The position numbers and the translations under genes are program-made. Under the pieces are notes generated by a model that was not told the DNA's origin, made no database searches, and worked only from the letters and a program-made list of their open reading frames with translations. A stretch of DNA of 63,092 nt, filler included, from Globobulimina sp. (lineage: Eukaryota): the NCBI GenBank assembly GCA_003354225.1. It is 33 parts of 33 records of this genome, joined end to end, with 100 filler letters (N's around TTAATTAATTAA, not from the genome) between each part and the next. Parts side by side here need not be neighbours in the genome. Positions count along the whole stretch, not along the records: positions 1 to 1,816 come from PIVH01011602.1; positions 1,917 to 3,732 come from PIVH01011603.1; positions 3,833 to 5,648 come from PIVH01011604.1; positions 5,749 to 7,564 come from PIVH01011605.1; positions 7,665 to 9,480 come from PIVH01011606.1; positions 9,581 to 11,396 come from PIVH01011607.1; 27 more parts are not named here. One strand, 5' to 3'. Positions 1 through 9,930 of this stretch are shown here, piece by piece (the first letter of the stretch is position 1; the number at the start of each line of letters is the position of its first letter).

Positions 1-1143
1 ATGTATTTCAGATGCCTTTTCATGATAAAATGGCACAACGACAGCAATCGAATCCGATACTCGATCAATATTATCATGCAACTCATCTCTCTGAGCATTG
101 ATAAGCAATTCATTAAAATATTTATATCTATTTTGTTTTTCTGGTTTAAAATCATTAAATACTTTAATAACTGAATCGATTGTTTCATTCGGGTTCGTAG
201 ATATTTGCGGTGTCGGAGCAGAAACACCTTTCACTAAATCCAATATACTTCGAACGGCTGAGTTTTCGGTGTCTAATTCGTACAAAATACTCTCCATAGT
301 TTCTATCCTAATATCGAACGATGGCGAGTCGGCTATATGTTTCATGTCGACCTGAACCACTTTTTTCAAGCCTTTTATAAATAGCTCACAGGAATAGATG
401 ATAAACAATGCAGTTAATAACATGTAATGATAATATATCCTGTACGTTGCCTCATATTTATTAAAATCAATTTTGCCTCGAATCATGGCGCTGATACCGT
501 AGGTTAGCGAGGATATGATAATTAATTTTAAGAATAAACCAGAAGTATAATGCTCAAATAAAAGCATAATATGCATTGAGACCAAAAGTGATGTTGCTGT
601 ACAAATGGCGAAACATGAAGAGATTAACGTGAATGGCAACGGTTTTGGTAGGGAGAAGTGCGGAAATTTTGTTACCACTAATAATCGTATGAAAGGCGTG
701 AGAAATAAGATGAAGGAAAAGAAAATTAAATTTATTATTTGGGTTAACCTTCTATCGTTGAAGAAAAATATTAAACATGCTAAATATAACGGGAGCAATG
801 AATATAACAACTCAAATTGCCAGCAAATATATTTATTGTTGTTTTCGAAAAATAACCCAGCCACTAAGGAGGCGGCATGTCCACACACCCCAATAAATAC
901 TAATATTGCGTGTTTTGATAACCTTTTAAGGTTAAAACCAAAGAATGTAATAAATATCATCATTATGCATGAAAGAAACAACCAAATCGACGACGTTACG
1001 TATAAGATTGCCCATATTTCAGCAGATTGTTTTCCACTTACGATCGCTTGTATAATTGAGATGGAATTAATAGCATATCCTATACTGAGCATTGACGATA
1101 TTGTACATATTCTGACTAAGCCTTGTGCAGATAACGAGGACAT
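1..1143 (-). CDS. Multi-pass membrane protein running into a probable GT2 (chitin-synthase-like) domain; 3'-partial
   Basis: Not in ORF track because it lacks a stop. Open frame of 381 codons from ATG at 1143 (MSSLSAQGLVRIC...) with about 7 hydrophobic segments, then a soluble region ending IAVVVPFYHEKASEIH, resembling the first GT2 strand (hhhP.YNE). Confidence 0.6.
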   Translation of the reverse strand, partial: MSSLSAQGLVRICTISSMLSIGYAINSISIIQAIVSGKQSAEIWAILYVTSSIWLFLSCIMMIFITFFGFNLKRLSKHAILVFIGVCGHAASLVAGLFFENNNKYICWQFELLYSLLPLYLACLIFFFNDRRLTQIINLIFFSFILFLTPFIRLLVVTKFPHFSLPKPLPFTLISSCFAICTATSLLVSMHIMLLFEHYTSGLFLKLIIISSLTYGISAMIRGKIDFNKYEATYRIYYHYMLLTALFIIYSCELFIKGLKKVVQVDMKHIADSPSFDIRIETMESILYELDTENSAVRSILDLVKGVSAPTPQISTNPNETIDSVIKVFNDFKPEKQNRYKYFNELLINAQRDELHDNIDRVSDSIAVVVPFYHEKASEIH

Positions 1144-1597
1144 TAGGCTTCTGTACTGACAGAAAAAAGATTTATCGTTTCTGGAAATACATTATTATTA
1201 TTATTATAACATCTGTGACTTATCGAATAATATAATAATAATAACAGTCTGAGAAAAAGTCAATACAAGATATAATGGAGTGCAAGAAGTGTTTATTCAA
1301 TGCGTTATTAGTTATTACCGATTACATGCATAATTATCCATACAAAGAATAGTGTTTGTTTATGGGAATATTCATATAAACGTTTCCCGCTGAAGTTCAA
1401 CGTTTCACAACTTGGCAATATTCATAGTTTTTAATTGAACAATGATAACATGTGTATCTTTATGTGTTGCACTCAGTTTTGCGAATGTCATATTTTCATA
1501 AATATGTACTGAATTGGCACCTTGCATATCGGGCTGAATGGCAATCAATTCATTAGCATTCAATTGGAGATATTCGGTATGAGATTCACGTGATAAA

Positions 1598-1816
1598 TCA
1601 ACCTTTAATGATCCATTTAAACAGTTCCAGCGGCCTCAGGGCTTCCCCAAGGATATTGATGGATATCGCTCCCACAATGGAACCCACAATGGAGTTGAGT
1701 CCACCAAAATAGACCATGGCCAGAATTTCAGCCAGCCGGTTAATGCTGAACATGCCAGGGTTGATATAAGCCAGAACATGGGCAAACAAACCGCCTGCCA
1801 CACCAGCCCAGAATGC
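1598..1816 (-). CDS. livM: Fragment of bacterial branched-chain amino acid ABC transporter permease (LivM-type)
   Basis: AFWAVVAGGLFAHVLAYINPGMFS...LAMVYFGGLNSIVGSIVGA...LGEALR matches LivM C-terminal motifs; higher GC than flanking DNA; ends abruptly at ~1600. Confidence 0.8.
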   Translation of the reverse strand, partial: AFWAGVAGGLFAHVLAYINPGMFSINRLAEILAMVYFGGLNSIVGSIVGAISINILGEALRPLELFKWIIKG

Positions 1817-1916
1817 NNNNNNNNNNNNNNNNNNNNNNNNNNNNNNNNNNNNNNNNNNNNTTAATTAATTAANNNNNNNNNNNNNNNNNNNNNNNNNNNN
1901 NNNNNNNNNNNNNNNN
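1817..1916. other. Artificial contig-joining spacer (N44-TTAATTAATTAA-N44); the same spacer recurs about every 1,915 bp to 61278, giving 33 contigs
   Basis: Identical N-run plus six-frame stop linker at regular intervals; contig lengths fall monotonically 1816 to 1814 bp, i.e. size-sorted concatenation. Confidence 0.98.
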
Positions 1917-2157
1917 TTTGAAACTAGATTTCTAGTGCATTTTGAAAATATTTTTTGAGTTTCAAACTGTTTTTTGTTTTCATCAGTTTTTTCATGCAGT
2001 TTGATGCTGATTTTTTGAGTGTATTTGGAAATTAAAAAAAAAAAATTCAGTTTCAAACTGTTTTTTGTTTTGGAAAAAATAATATTTTCAGTTTGAAACT
2101 AATTTTTTTGCGATATATTTGAAAGGGCAGTTTGAAACTGATTTTTTTGTGTTGTAG

Positions 2158-3625
2158 CGATGAATGGCATGGTCGGTAATACATGGAATAGATTGGCCGA
2201 AAGTGTTGGGATTCGACGAAGAAGAATGGAGGAAGACTATGGTGAGGAATATGAGGAGGCAGCGGATGAAGATAACGAAATAATTATCGATGATTGGTAT
2301 GATGCAGATGATGGATTAAATTGGGTCATGATTTCTGATGATTTGTCGCGTGAAGACCTGTATGAATTTGAAAGTGCGCAGTTTGAGAAAATTGTTAAAC
2401 ACATTATTAGCTCATCGGGCAAACAAATAAAAAGACGCTGTATGACTATATTTGGTCGACAACTTTGCATTTGTCAGTTTTTAGAATATATTCATGCCAC
2501 AAAAGCTGATCGCGACCATTTATGTCATCCAATACAAAAATACAAACCTGCATTAAAGCAAAAATTAAAAAAATTAAAAAAACCAACACATAAAATATCA
2601 AAACCATATAAAATCAAAATCAAACCGAAAATCGTAAAACCAATTTCAAGGAAAAAATATGTGCAAAAACCCCGAAAAAAATATATTAAAAAACCTCGAA
2701 AAAAATATAAAAAGAGAGTTCCAGGAAATTTCCCTCAACAAAAATTATGGATTATGAAGCAATCAAATAAGATACGACAAATAGTGAATGATGGATTGCC
2801 ATCGGATCGACCTCTATGGTTTCCGCATTATTTCTGGCATTGGCTACACTCTGCGCCGCATTTCCATGTATTTCGACATAAACGAAGGGTGCCATGGCGG
2901 GCTTCCTCTGCTAAAATAGGAGAGGGTGATATGGCGGATATGGACGGTGCAGCGCATGAATTAGATTATAATTTTTATCAATATGGCGATGATGAAGAGG
3001 TGGATTATGATGCATTGACACAGGAATTGGATGGATATGTGGATGATGATGAAGATTATTATGACAATTATGACATGGATGAGGACTATGAAGATTTGTA
3101 CCAATATGGATATGATGATGATGATGGTATGGAATATTTTTCTTTTTGATATTTGTCCATAGCAACAAAAAAAATTACAGCGAATTGTTTTTTTGTTGCT
3201 TTTTTCAATAAGATGATGATGAATATTATGGTGACAATGAGTATGGATCTGATAATTTCGAAGCGTTAAATGATGAATCTGACGGATTTGGTGATGACGA
3301 GTTAGTAATGAATGCATTGTCGAATGGTGATGATTTTTTGGGCGTAGATGGCAGTTTAAATGACGAGATGTGGAGAATTGAGACTATGTTTTTATTTATT
3401 TTTGCGGGGATAATATTTTGTTTATTGTCGTGTTGTTTTGTATGGAGGTCGAAATGGGGCGATTTGATAAGAAAATTAAATGAGCAAAGAATTAATAGAA
3501 ATCAAAGAATATCTCAAGCACAGAAAAGAAAGCAAGTGTTAGTTGTAAACAATGAGTATGAGAATGAGTCTTCGTCATTGAATATCTCAGATGTAGCCCC
3601 CTTAAATATTAATAATGATATATGA
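2158..3625 (+). CDS. Type I membrane protein with alternating acidic (D/E/Y) and basic (K/R/H) blocks; exons 2158-3126 and 3213-3625; 5'-partial
   Basis: Acceptor ttgtag at 2157; intron 3127-3212 (GTATGG...AATAAG) joins the two ORFs in frame; TM segment MFLFIFAGIIFCLLSCCFVW near C-terminus. Confidence 0.7.
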
Positions 3626-3832
3626 GTAATAACTGATTTGTGGTACGGTCATATTGTATAATTGTTCTTTTTTTTTGTTTTTTTTTTTAAGTTTTGAAGA
3701 TTTGTAAATCTGAGAAAGAAGGTTTAACGATANNNNNNNNNNNNNNNNNNNNNNNNNNNNNNNNNNNNNNNNNNNNTTAATTAATTAANNNNNNNNNNNN
3801 NNNNNNNNNNNNNNNNNNNNNNNNNNNNNNNN

Positions 3833-4977
3833 GAAATGCAATATTGTCGTTGCGGAGTGATCCACAAAAAGAGTTTGTTGGTTATAATGTTTTGTATAAA
3901 CACAGAAAGGATTTGATTGAAATATTCAATAAAGTCAAAAAAGCAGAAAATATAGAAACATTGTCAGAGATTGAAAGTGCGATACTTTCTGGCAATAAAA
4001 AGTTATTTGAATACAGAAACCAACGAGAAAGACCACATTTGGATACTAAAATAATTTGTGCTTGGAATGGACTAATTTTATCATCCTTTGCTGTGGCATA
4101 TAAAACATTAAACACTGAGATTTATCTAGAAACTGCGCAGGAAATTGCACAGTTTGTCTATGATAATATGAGAGAGGAAGAAAATGGATATTTATATCGT
4201 ATTTTCGGTAAGCGAGATATTTATGCATTTTGTGTTGATTATTCATTTTTAATTCGTGGGTTATTGGATTTATATCAATGCTGTTTCGATGTGAAATGGT
4301 TAAAATGGGCAATCGAGTTACAAAATATTCAAAATGTTTTGTTTTTTGATCATGAGTTGGGTGCATATTTTGACACTGTCAAAGATTCTCAGAATTTAAT
4401 CATGCGATTAAAAGAGGAATATGACGGAGCAGAACCTTGTGCGTCTTCCATTGCTGTGTCAAATTTGATTCGATTGTATAATTTTACAAAAGAAGAGAGT
4501 TACTTTAAAATATATGCACGGAAAACATTGCAATATTTGGACAATACATTGAGTAAAATGCCCCAGGCAATACCTACGAGTTGCATTGCTTTGGATGAAT
4601 ATTCAAATGGATTAAATTTGGTGGTGTTGTCAGCCGTTGATAATCCAAACAGTATTGGCGATTATTTAGATGATGAAAAGCATGAAATACAAAAAGAAAA
4701 GGAAATAAATACGTTTTTGAATGTGTTGCATGGCAATTTTTATCCAGATACAGTTTGTGTTGTGTTGAATAGAGGAAATTATGAGCAAATGAGGGATGAA
4801 GTGAATCAAATGTATGGATATTATACAATGGATAAGAATAATAATGTAATGGCTCATGTTTGTCAACAATTTATGTGTCAAAAACCAACAAATGATTTGG
4901 AGGAATTTGAATCTCAATTATCCGCACAAATCGATCAACCACCAAATGACAATGATAATGTTAGAAGTTTAATTTAG
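3833..4977 (+). CDS. SPATA20/YyaL-like (thioredoxin + six-hairpin glycosidase-like) protein, C-terminal part
   Basis: Motifs RERPHLDTKIICAWNGL, DYSFLIRGLLDLY, KEEYDGAEP, AHVCQQFMCQKP. Confidence 0.88.
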
Positions 4978-5255
4978 AAAACAACGTTCATGTAATACAT
5001 TATATACTGACTGGCTTTATGGCCCATTGTTAAAATGTTTTTTGAATGTTTTCTTGATCTTTACTTAAAAACTTCCTAACCCACACTTGTAACTCGCCTG
5101 GATGTTTAAGCAATCGGTGAGTATGGAGCCGGACTTACTCCCTGGCTGAATGTGCCCCTACTACTACTTGTGAAAAACAGCTTATTTTGGGATTCATATT
5201 TGAACATACTAGAAATGCGTTCGTATCGCTAGAATTTCAATATTATATTATATAA

Positions 5256-5648
5256 TTGTTGTATAAAGTTGAAGCAGATTTGTATTTATTTCATTATTTA
5301 AAAGGTCAAGATTATGCATTTGATGTGACAGTGGTGTCACCGTATAAATTGAATCAGTTAGCCGATACTATCCGGTTTACCGGTATTTCGGCTGACATTG
5401 CTATTCGAGATAAGTATAAGAAATATGAGGAAGATATTAAATCGGTTCATTGGAAATTCCAGCCGATAGCTTTTGAAAGAAGTGGGGGGTGGCGTTTACC
5501 CGCCCAACTATTTGTTAAGCGAATCGCGAAGCAATTTGGATCAAAATTTAATATCAATGCAAATATTATTATTAATATTATTACATCGGAGATAAGCTGT
5601 ATACTCCTCAAGAACACAGCCTATATGATTACAAAACGTAAAGTGGAT
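5256..5648 (+). mobile_element. Restriction-like endonuclease (RLE) C-terminal domain of a CRE-type non-LTR retrotransposon, fragment
   Basis: ADL...G.DYAFDVTVVSP...K..KY...FQPIAFERSGG matches the PD-(D/E)xK RLE pattern of CRE/NeSL-like elements. Confidence 0.7.
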
Positions 5649-5748
5649 NNNNNNNNNNNNNNNNNNNNNNNNNNNNNNNNNNNNNNNNNNNNTTAATTAA
5701 TTAANNNNNNNNNNNNNNNNNNNNNNNNNNNNNNNNNNNNNNNNNNNN

Positions 5749-5890
5749 CAAAATTTCTTGCTTTTTCCAGTTTGCGTGCTCCGCATGCTACAACATTTGA
5801 TCGTGGTGATTTTAGTAATGCCTTCGTAAAATCTGATGATATTTTGCCACATCCTATGATACCCCAATTATACATCTTTTCAGAAGACAT
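5749..5890 (-). CDS. Gfo/Idh/MocA oxidoreductase (dihydrodiol dehydrogenase-like), N-terminus only
   Basis: MSSEKMYNWGIIGCGKISSDF...VVACGARKLEKARNF Rossmann motif. Confidence 0.8.
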
Positions 5891-6153
5891 GGTGAGAGTA
5901 AAAATGTAAAAGCAGCTTAAATAAATCTTTTTGTTAATACGGAAACAACAAACACAAGGAAATTGCATTAATAATGGTTCAGTGGACCCAATATTTAAAT
6001 GATAATGGATCGGGAAACCAATATATGATATCCCAACAAATAAATAATTTGTAGCTGCTCACATTACCCAACTCATTCATAATTGATTTAAATTCCATTA
6101 TTACCGTCGACAATTCAATTATAGAGAAATTATAGTGACTGAATATCTTTAAA

Positions 6154-7521
6154 ATGCTTTCTTTTGTAGCAATTTATTTATTGCATCTACCCGTTATCTT
6201 TGGAAGCCAGCTATGTATTAATCTTAATTTTCATGAACAACATGGTTCTCTTTATAGTAGTTTACGGGACAAAGACAACAATCTACAAAAAGTGATCACA
6301 AACAAACCAACGGGGCGACAGGAAAATGCGCAATGTTGGAATATTAATCCTGGCCAATGCTATACATACAACATATCATTCAATAAAACCAATCAAATAA
6401 ATTTGATAACAATGAAAGTGAACCAACGAAAAGTCGGTTTTTTCTCAACTAATTTATATACAGACAATTTCATCAAATTTTTTTGTATATCTCCAGATTT
6501 AGAGTTTACTCCTTTTCCTTTTATTGGAAGCACACAACAAAGCAATGTAAATATTTACCATCGACAACGGGAAGTTTATTCAGCTCTGAAATTTAATTCG
6601 AATTCCGATGTTTGTATTGGTTTTAAGGCCACACAGATTTGTGGGGACAATCTAAGCTTACAATTACCTGACGAGGATAAAGCATGTCAAGCTATGATTG
6701 ATTTTAAATCAGAATGTGGATATTGTGAGTGTTTTGGAGGAAAGATTATGATCAATGTATTCGAAGGGAAACAAGATTCATGTTCAAACATTTGTAACTC
6801 TCCGAATGTCGGTTGTTCGAATGGGCCGCCTGATGCAATATTGAATCCAAATGCAGTGGTTGGCTGCAATACGGCCATTAAAGATGGCATAGAGTCAACA
6901 GAGGATGTATGCGACGATGGGTGGCATATATGTTTGGATGAAAAAGAGTTAGATTACCTGCACTTAACCAATAGGATGTGCAGAACATTGACACCGTTTG
7001 ATGTGTTTTATGCATCACGAGATAACACAGAATGTCATCATGAAAGTAATGCTAATTTAGTGATGGGTTGCGGCAATAAGAAAGATGAAAACTTGCCCAT
7101 AGTACCATATTTTTGTTATGTGTTCTCGTATGCATTGGTCTCTTGGCAAACATTGGAATCCAGTAATGAGAGTATATGGTATGTAGAGAGTTTGGATGAA
7201 CCATTGTATGAATCCATTCGCAAACAATCAGAAACCGGAGGTGGTGTAATGTGTTGTGTGGATAATGCGTATACGGCGGAAGAGATTTTGTGGAGTAAAT
7301 GGGAATTAATATTACTATCTATAGCGCATGCAATTTTTGTGGTTGTTTTTATACTCACTTTCTTGGTGATTTGTGAGAGGACTTTTAGACATTTATGTAT
7401 GGCCACAGTTGTTAAGAAATACAGAAATTGGAGACAAAGAAAGAAATTGAATGAGTGTGTGAGAGATGGCATTTTTAAAAGATATAGCGAGATAATTGAG
7501 GATAAGAAATGTGTTATTTGA
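6154..7521 (+). CDS. Secreted-pathway Cys-rich single-pass membrane protein, function unknown
   Basis: 455 aa ORF; N-terminal signal-like peptide, many Cys, GGGVMCC motif, C-terminal TM and basic tail. Confidence 0.75.
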   Translation: MLSFVAIYLLHLPVIFGSQLCINLNFHEQHGSLYSSLRDKDNNLQKVITNKPTGRQENAQCWNINPGQCYTYNISFNKTNQINLITMKVNQRKVGFFSTNLYTDNFIKFFCISPDLEFTPFPFIGSTQQSNVNIYHRQREVYSALKFNSNSDVCIGFKATQICGDNLSLQLPDEDKACQAMIDFKSECGYCECFGGKIMINVFEGKQDSCSNICNSPNVGCSNGPPDAILNPNAVVGCNTAIKDGIESTEDVCDDGWHICLDEKELDYLHLTNRMCRTLTPFDVFYASRDNTECHHESNANLVMGCGNKKDENLPIVPYFCYVFSYALVSWQTLESSNESIWYVESLDEPLYESIRKQSETGGGVMCCVDNAYTAEEILWSKWELILLSIAHAIFVVVFILTFLVICERTFRHLCMATVVKKYRNWRQRKKLNECVRDGIFKRYSEIIEDKKCVI

Positions 7522-7664
7522 GTGCTGATGCTATCGTATGTGATCTATATAAAATGCAAAAATANNNNNNNNNNNNNNNNNNNNNNNNNNNNNNNNNNNN
7601 NNNNNNNNTTAATTAATTAANNNNNNNNNNNNNNNNNNNNNNNNNNNNNNNNNNNNNNNNNNNN

Positions 7665-9480
7665 GGAACACAAAAAATAATGTCAAACCTCGGCACAATA
7701 AATAAGGGCGAGCCGGCCACCGCAAATTGTAAGTCCTCGACAGCCGCAATCCGCACACCGACCGAGGCGGAAACCTGAGCCACCGCATTATATTCGCCCT
7801 TCACTCTCATTTCCTGCGCTTCGTGCGGTAATAACAGGGCTTTGATGCCCGTGACAATGGGCCCATTCATGCCGCAGATCACCAACGTATCGTCGGCTTT
7901 GAGTGTGCCGTTACTGACAATCACATCGATGGTGGCGCCGTATCCCTGCGTCTGCTTCACCTCTAACACGGAGCACTTTGTCTTGTTGGCGTTGAACGAG
8001 ATGGCGTTGCTCATATACTTTTTGGTTAACTGCACGATCAAATACAATAAGTCCGGGATGCCCTCGCCGGTGATGGCCGAGGTCGGCACCAACGAAATAT
8101 CTTTGTCCAGCCGCTTATTTTTAAAATATATCTCGGCGTTCATGCCGGCTCTGTTGAATGCGAGCTTTGTTTCGGCCAATCTGTGCTCGAAATCATTTTG
8201 CGTGGCTCTCGTCTGTTTGTTGTAAGTGGTCAGAAACGGCGCATTTTCATCGACTTTCCAATCATAACACATATCGATTTTGTTTAAGGCCACCACAAAA
8301 GGCGACTTTCGCGCCGTTAACATATTCAATGACTCCACGGTTTGGGGCTGGAATCCTTGCATCAAATCAATGACTAAAACGGCAATGTCACACATTGAGG
8401 ACCCGCGCGATCGCAGATTACTAAATGATTCATGGCCGGGCGTATCAATGAATAGTAAGCCCGGCACCTAAATATGTTCAACATTTAGAAAATATCATAT
8501 GTATTAAATAAAAAAAAGAAGAGTAAACTTTATATTTAAGCTTTGCGACTTGCTCTTTCAACCTCGATGTTCTGTCTTTGATGTAGCCGATGGACAGATA
8601 TGTGGCGCCAATTTGTTGTGTAATACCGCCGGCTTCTTTGTTTTGCACTGTTGTATGGCGGATATGGTCCAATATTTTGGTCTTACCGTGGTCGACATGC
8701 CCCATTACCACACAAATTGGCGAACGTAATTCTTTCTTTTTGTTTTGTTTGGCTTGCTTTGCCGGTTTGGCTTGCTTTGCCTTTGATGCTTTACTTGATT
8801 TTGGTTTTGGTTTATTTGATTGCGACTTGGTGCTCTTTTTTTGTTCGCTTTCTGGTGTGTTTGGTTTTGTATTTTCTTTGCTTGCTTCGCTGGATTCGAT
8901 TTTAGTGTCATTTTTCTTTTTACCTCCAGCAGCTGTGTAGAAGAGTAAAAATGTTCAAAGTTCACCATTTGCGAAGTGACTCACTCAAAAACGAAAAACT
9001 TCAATGTGATTCACTCAAATTTTTTGCTTATTTTATTTCTTTTTACCTGGTTGTGGTTGTTTTGTTTTTCGACGTCTGCCGCCACGTTTCTTTTTTGTAT
9101 TTTGTTGTTGTTGTTGCTCATTGTCAGAATCATCTAATTTTGTTACTGTTGGTTTCGGTTTGGGTTTGGGTTTCTGTTTTGGTTTCGGTTTCGGCTTTGC
9201 TTTATTTTGTGTGGAATCACCCCATTCATCATCAGAACTGTCTAGTTTTGAATGACCATTTTTTTTATTATTACTTTTCGAGTTATCTGTACAAAAATAA
9301 ATTCAGTTTGAAACTATATTTTATATCACTTGTTTGAAAAATCATAGTTTGAAACTATGTCATGTCACAAATTGTACCTTTTTTGGGTTTTGGCTCCGTA
9401 TCATTTTGATCGCTATCGGATGAATCCTCCCAATTATCATTTTGCGCAGCTTCAATTTTGCCCCGTTTCTTTTTTTCTGC
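7665..9480 (-). CDS. eIF5B: Eukaryotic translation initiation factor 5B, internal part; introns 9287-9377, 8933-9046, 8468-8528 and one starting at 7688
   Basis: [77 protein letters not shown] introns join the frames. Confidence 0.95.
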
Positions 9481-9581
9481 NNNNNNNNNNNNNNNNNNNN
9501 NNNNNNNNNNNNNNNNNNNNNNNNTTAATTAATTAANNNNNNNNNNNNNNNNNNNNNNNNNNNNNNNNNNNNNNNNNNNNT

Positions 9582-9790
9582 GCCGGCGAAGCAGGGAGTA
9601 TTAAAAAGAAAGCGGATGCACGGAATCAATGTGTACAGATTGATACATCGTATAAAGGCACTTGGGATAAAACGCGGTGTACGTTTCGGCATTTTTTCTT
9701 GTGTAATAACCCGGCGCATCGGGAGGAGGACAGTGAGAGTGGAGAGAGTGAGGAAAGCGAAGAAGAAGAAGAACATACGGCATCCAAATA
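9582..9790 (+). CDS. Exon encoding the C-terminal end of a C-type-lectin-like domain plus acidic Ser/Glu tract
   Basis: Frame not in ORF track: ...ARNQCVQIDTSYKGTWDKTRCTFRHFFLCNNP...EEDSESGESEESEEEEE; Cys/Trp spacing matches CTLD consensus CV...G.W....C.....F.C. Confidence 0.6.
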
Positions 9791-9930
9791 GTTTGTTATA
9801 TTTCAACTGTTGAAAATGTCAGAATGTATCAAATGTCTTTATATATAAACATCACAAATATTTAATGACATTTGAAAACATTCTGGTCTGAATACCACAA
9901 ACTATTTACATGTCTAAACACAAAAAAAAG

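Noticed and set aside
605-1159. 184-aa plus-strand ORF
   Set aside because: Antisense shadow of the longer minus-strand membrane protein at 1-1143
1861-1872. Regularly spaced TTAATTAATTAA between unique ~1.8 kb segments, superficially like an array or nanochromosome ends
   Set aside because: Embedded in fixed-length N runs; a standard six-frame-stop concatenation linker
2911-3317. His/Ile-rich minus-strand ORFs (also 10535-10981, 16753-17127, 56717-57261)
   Set aside because: Antisense translations of GAT/AAT-rich low-complexity coding regions
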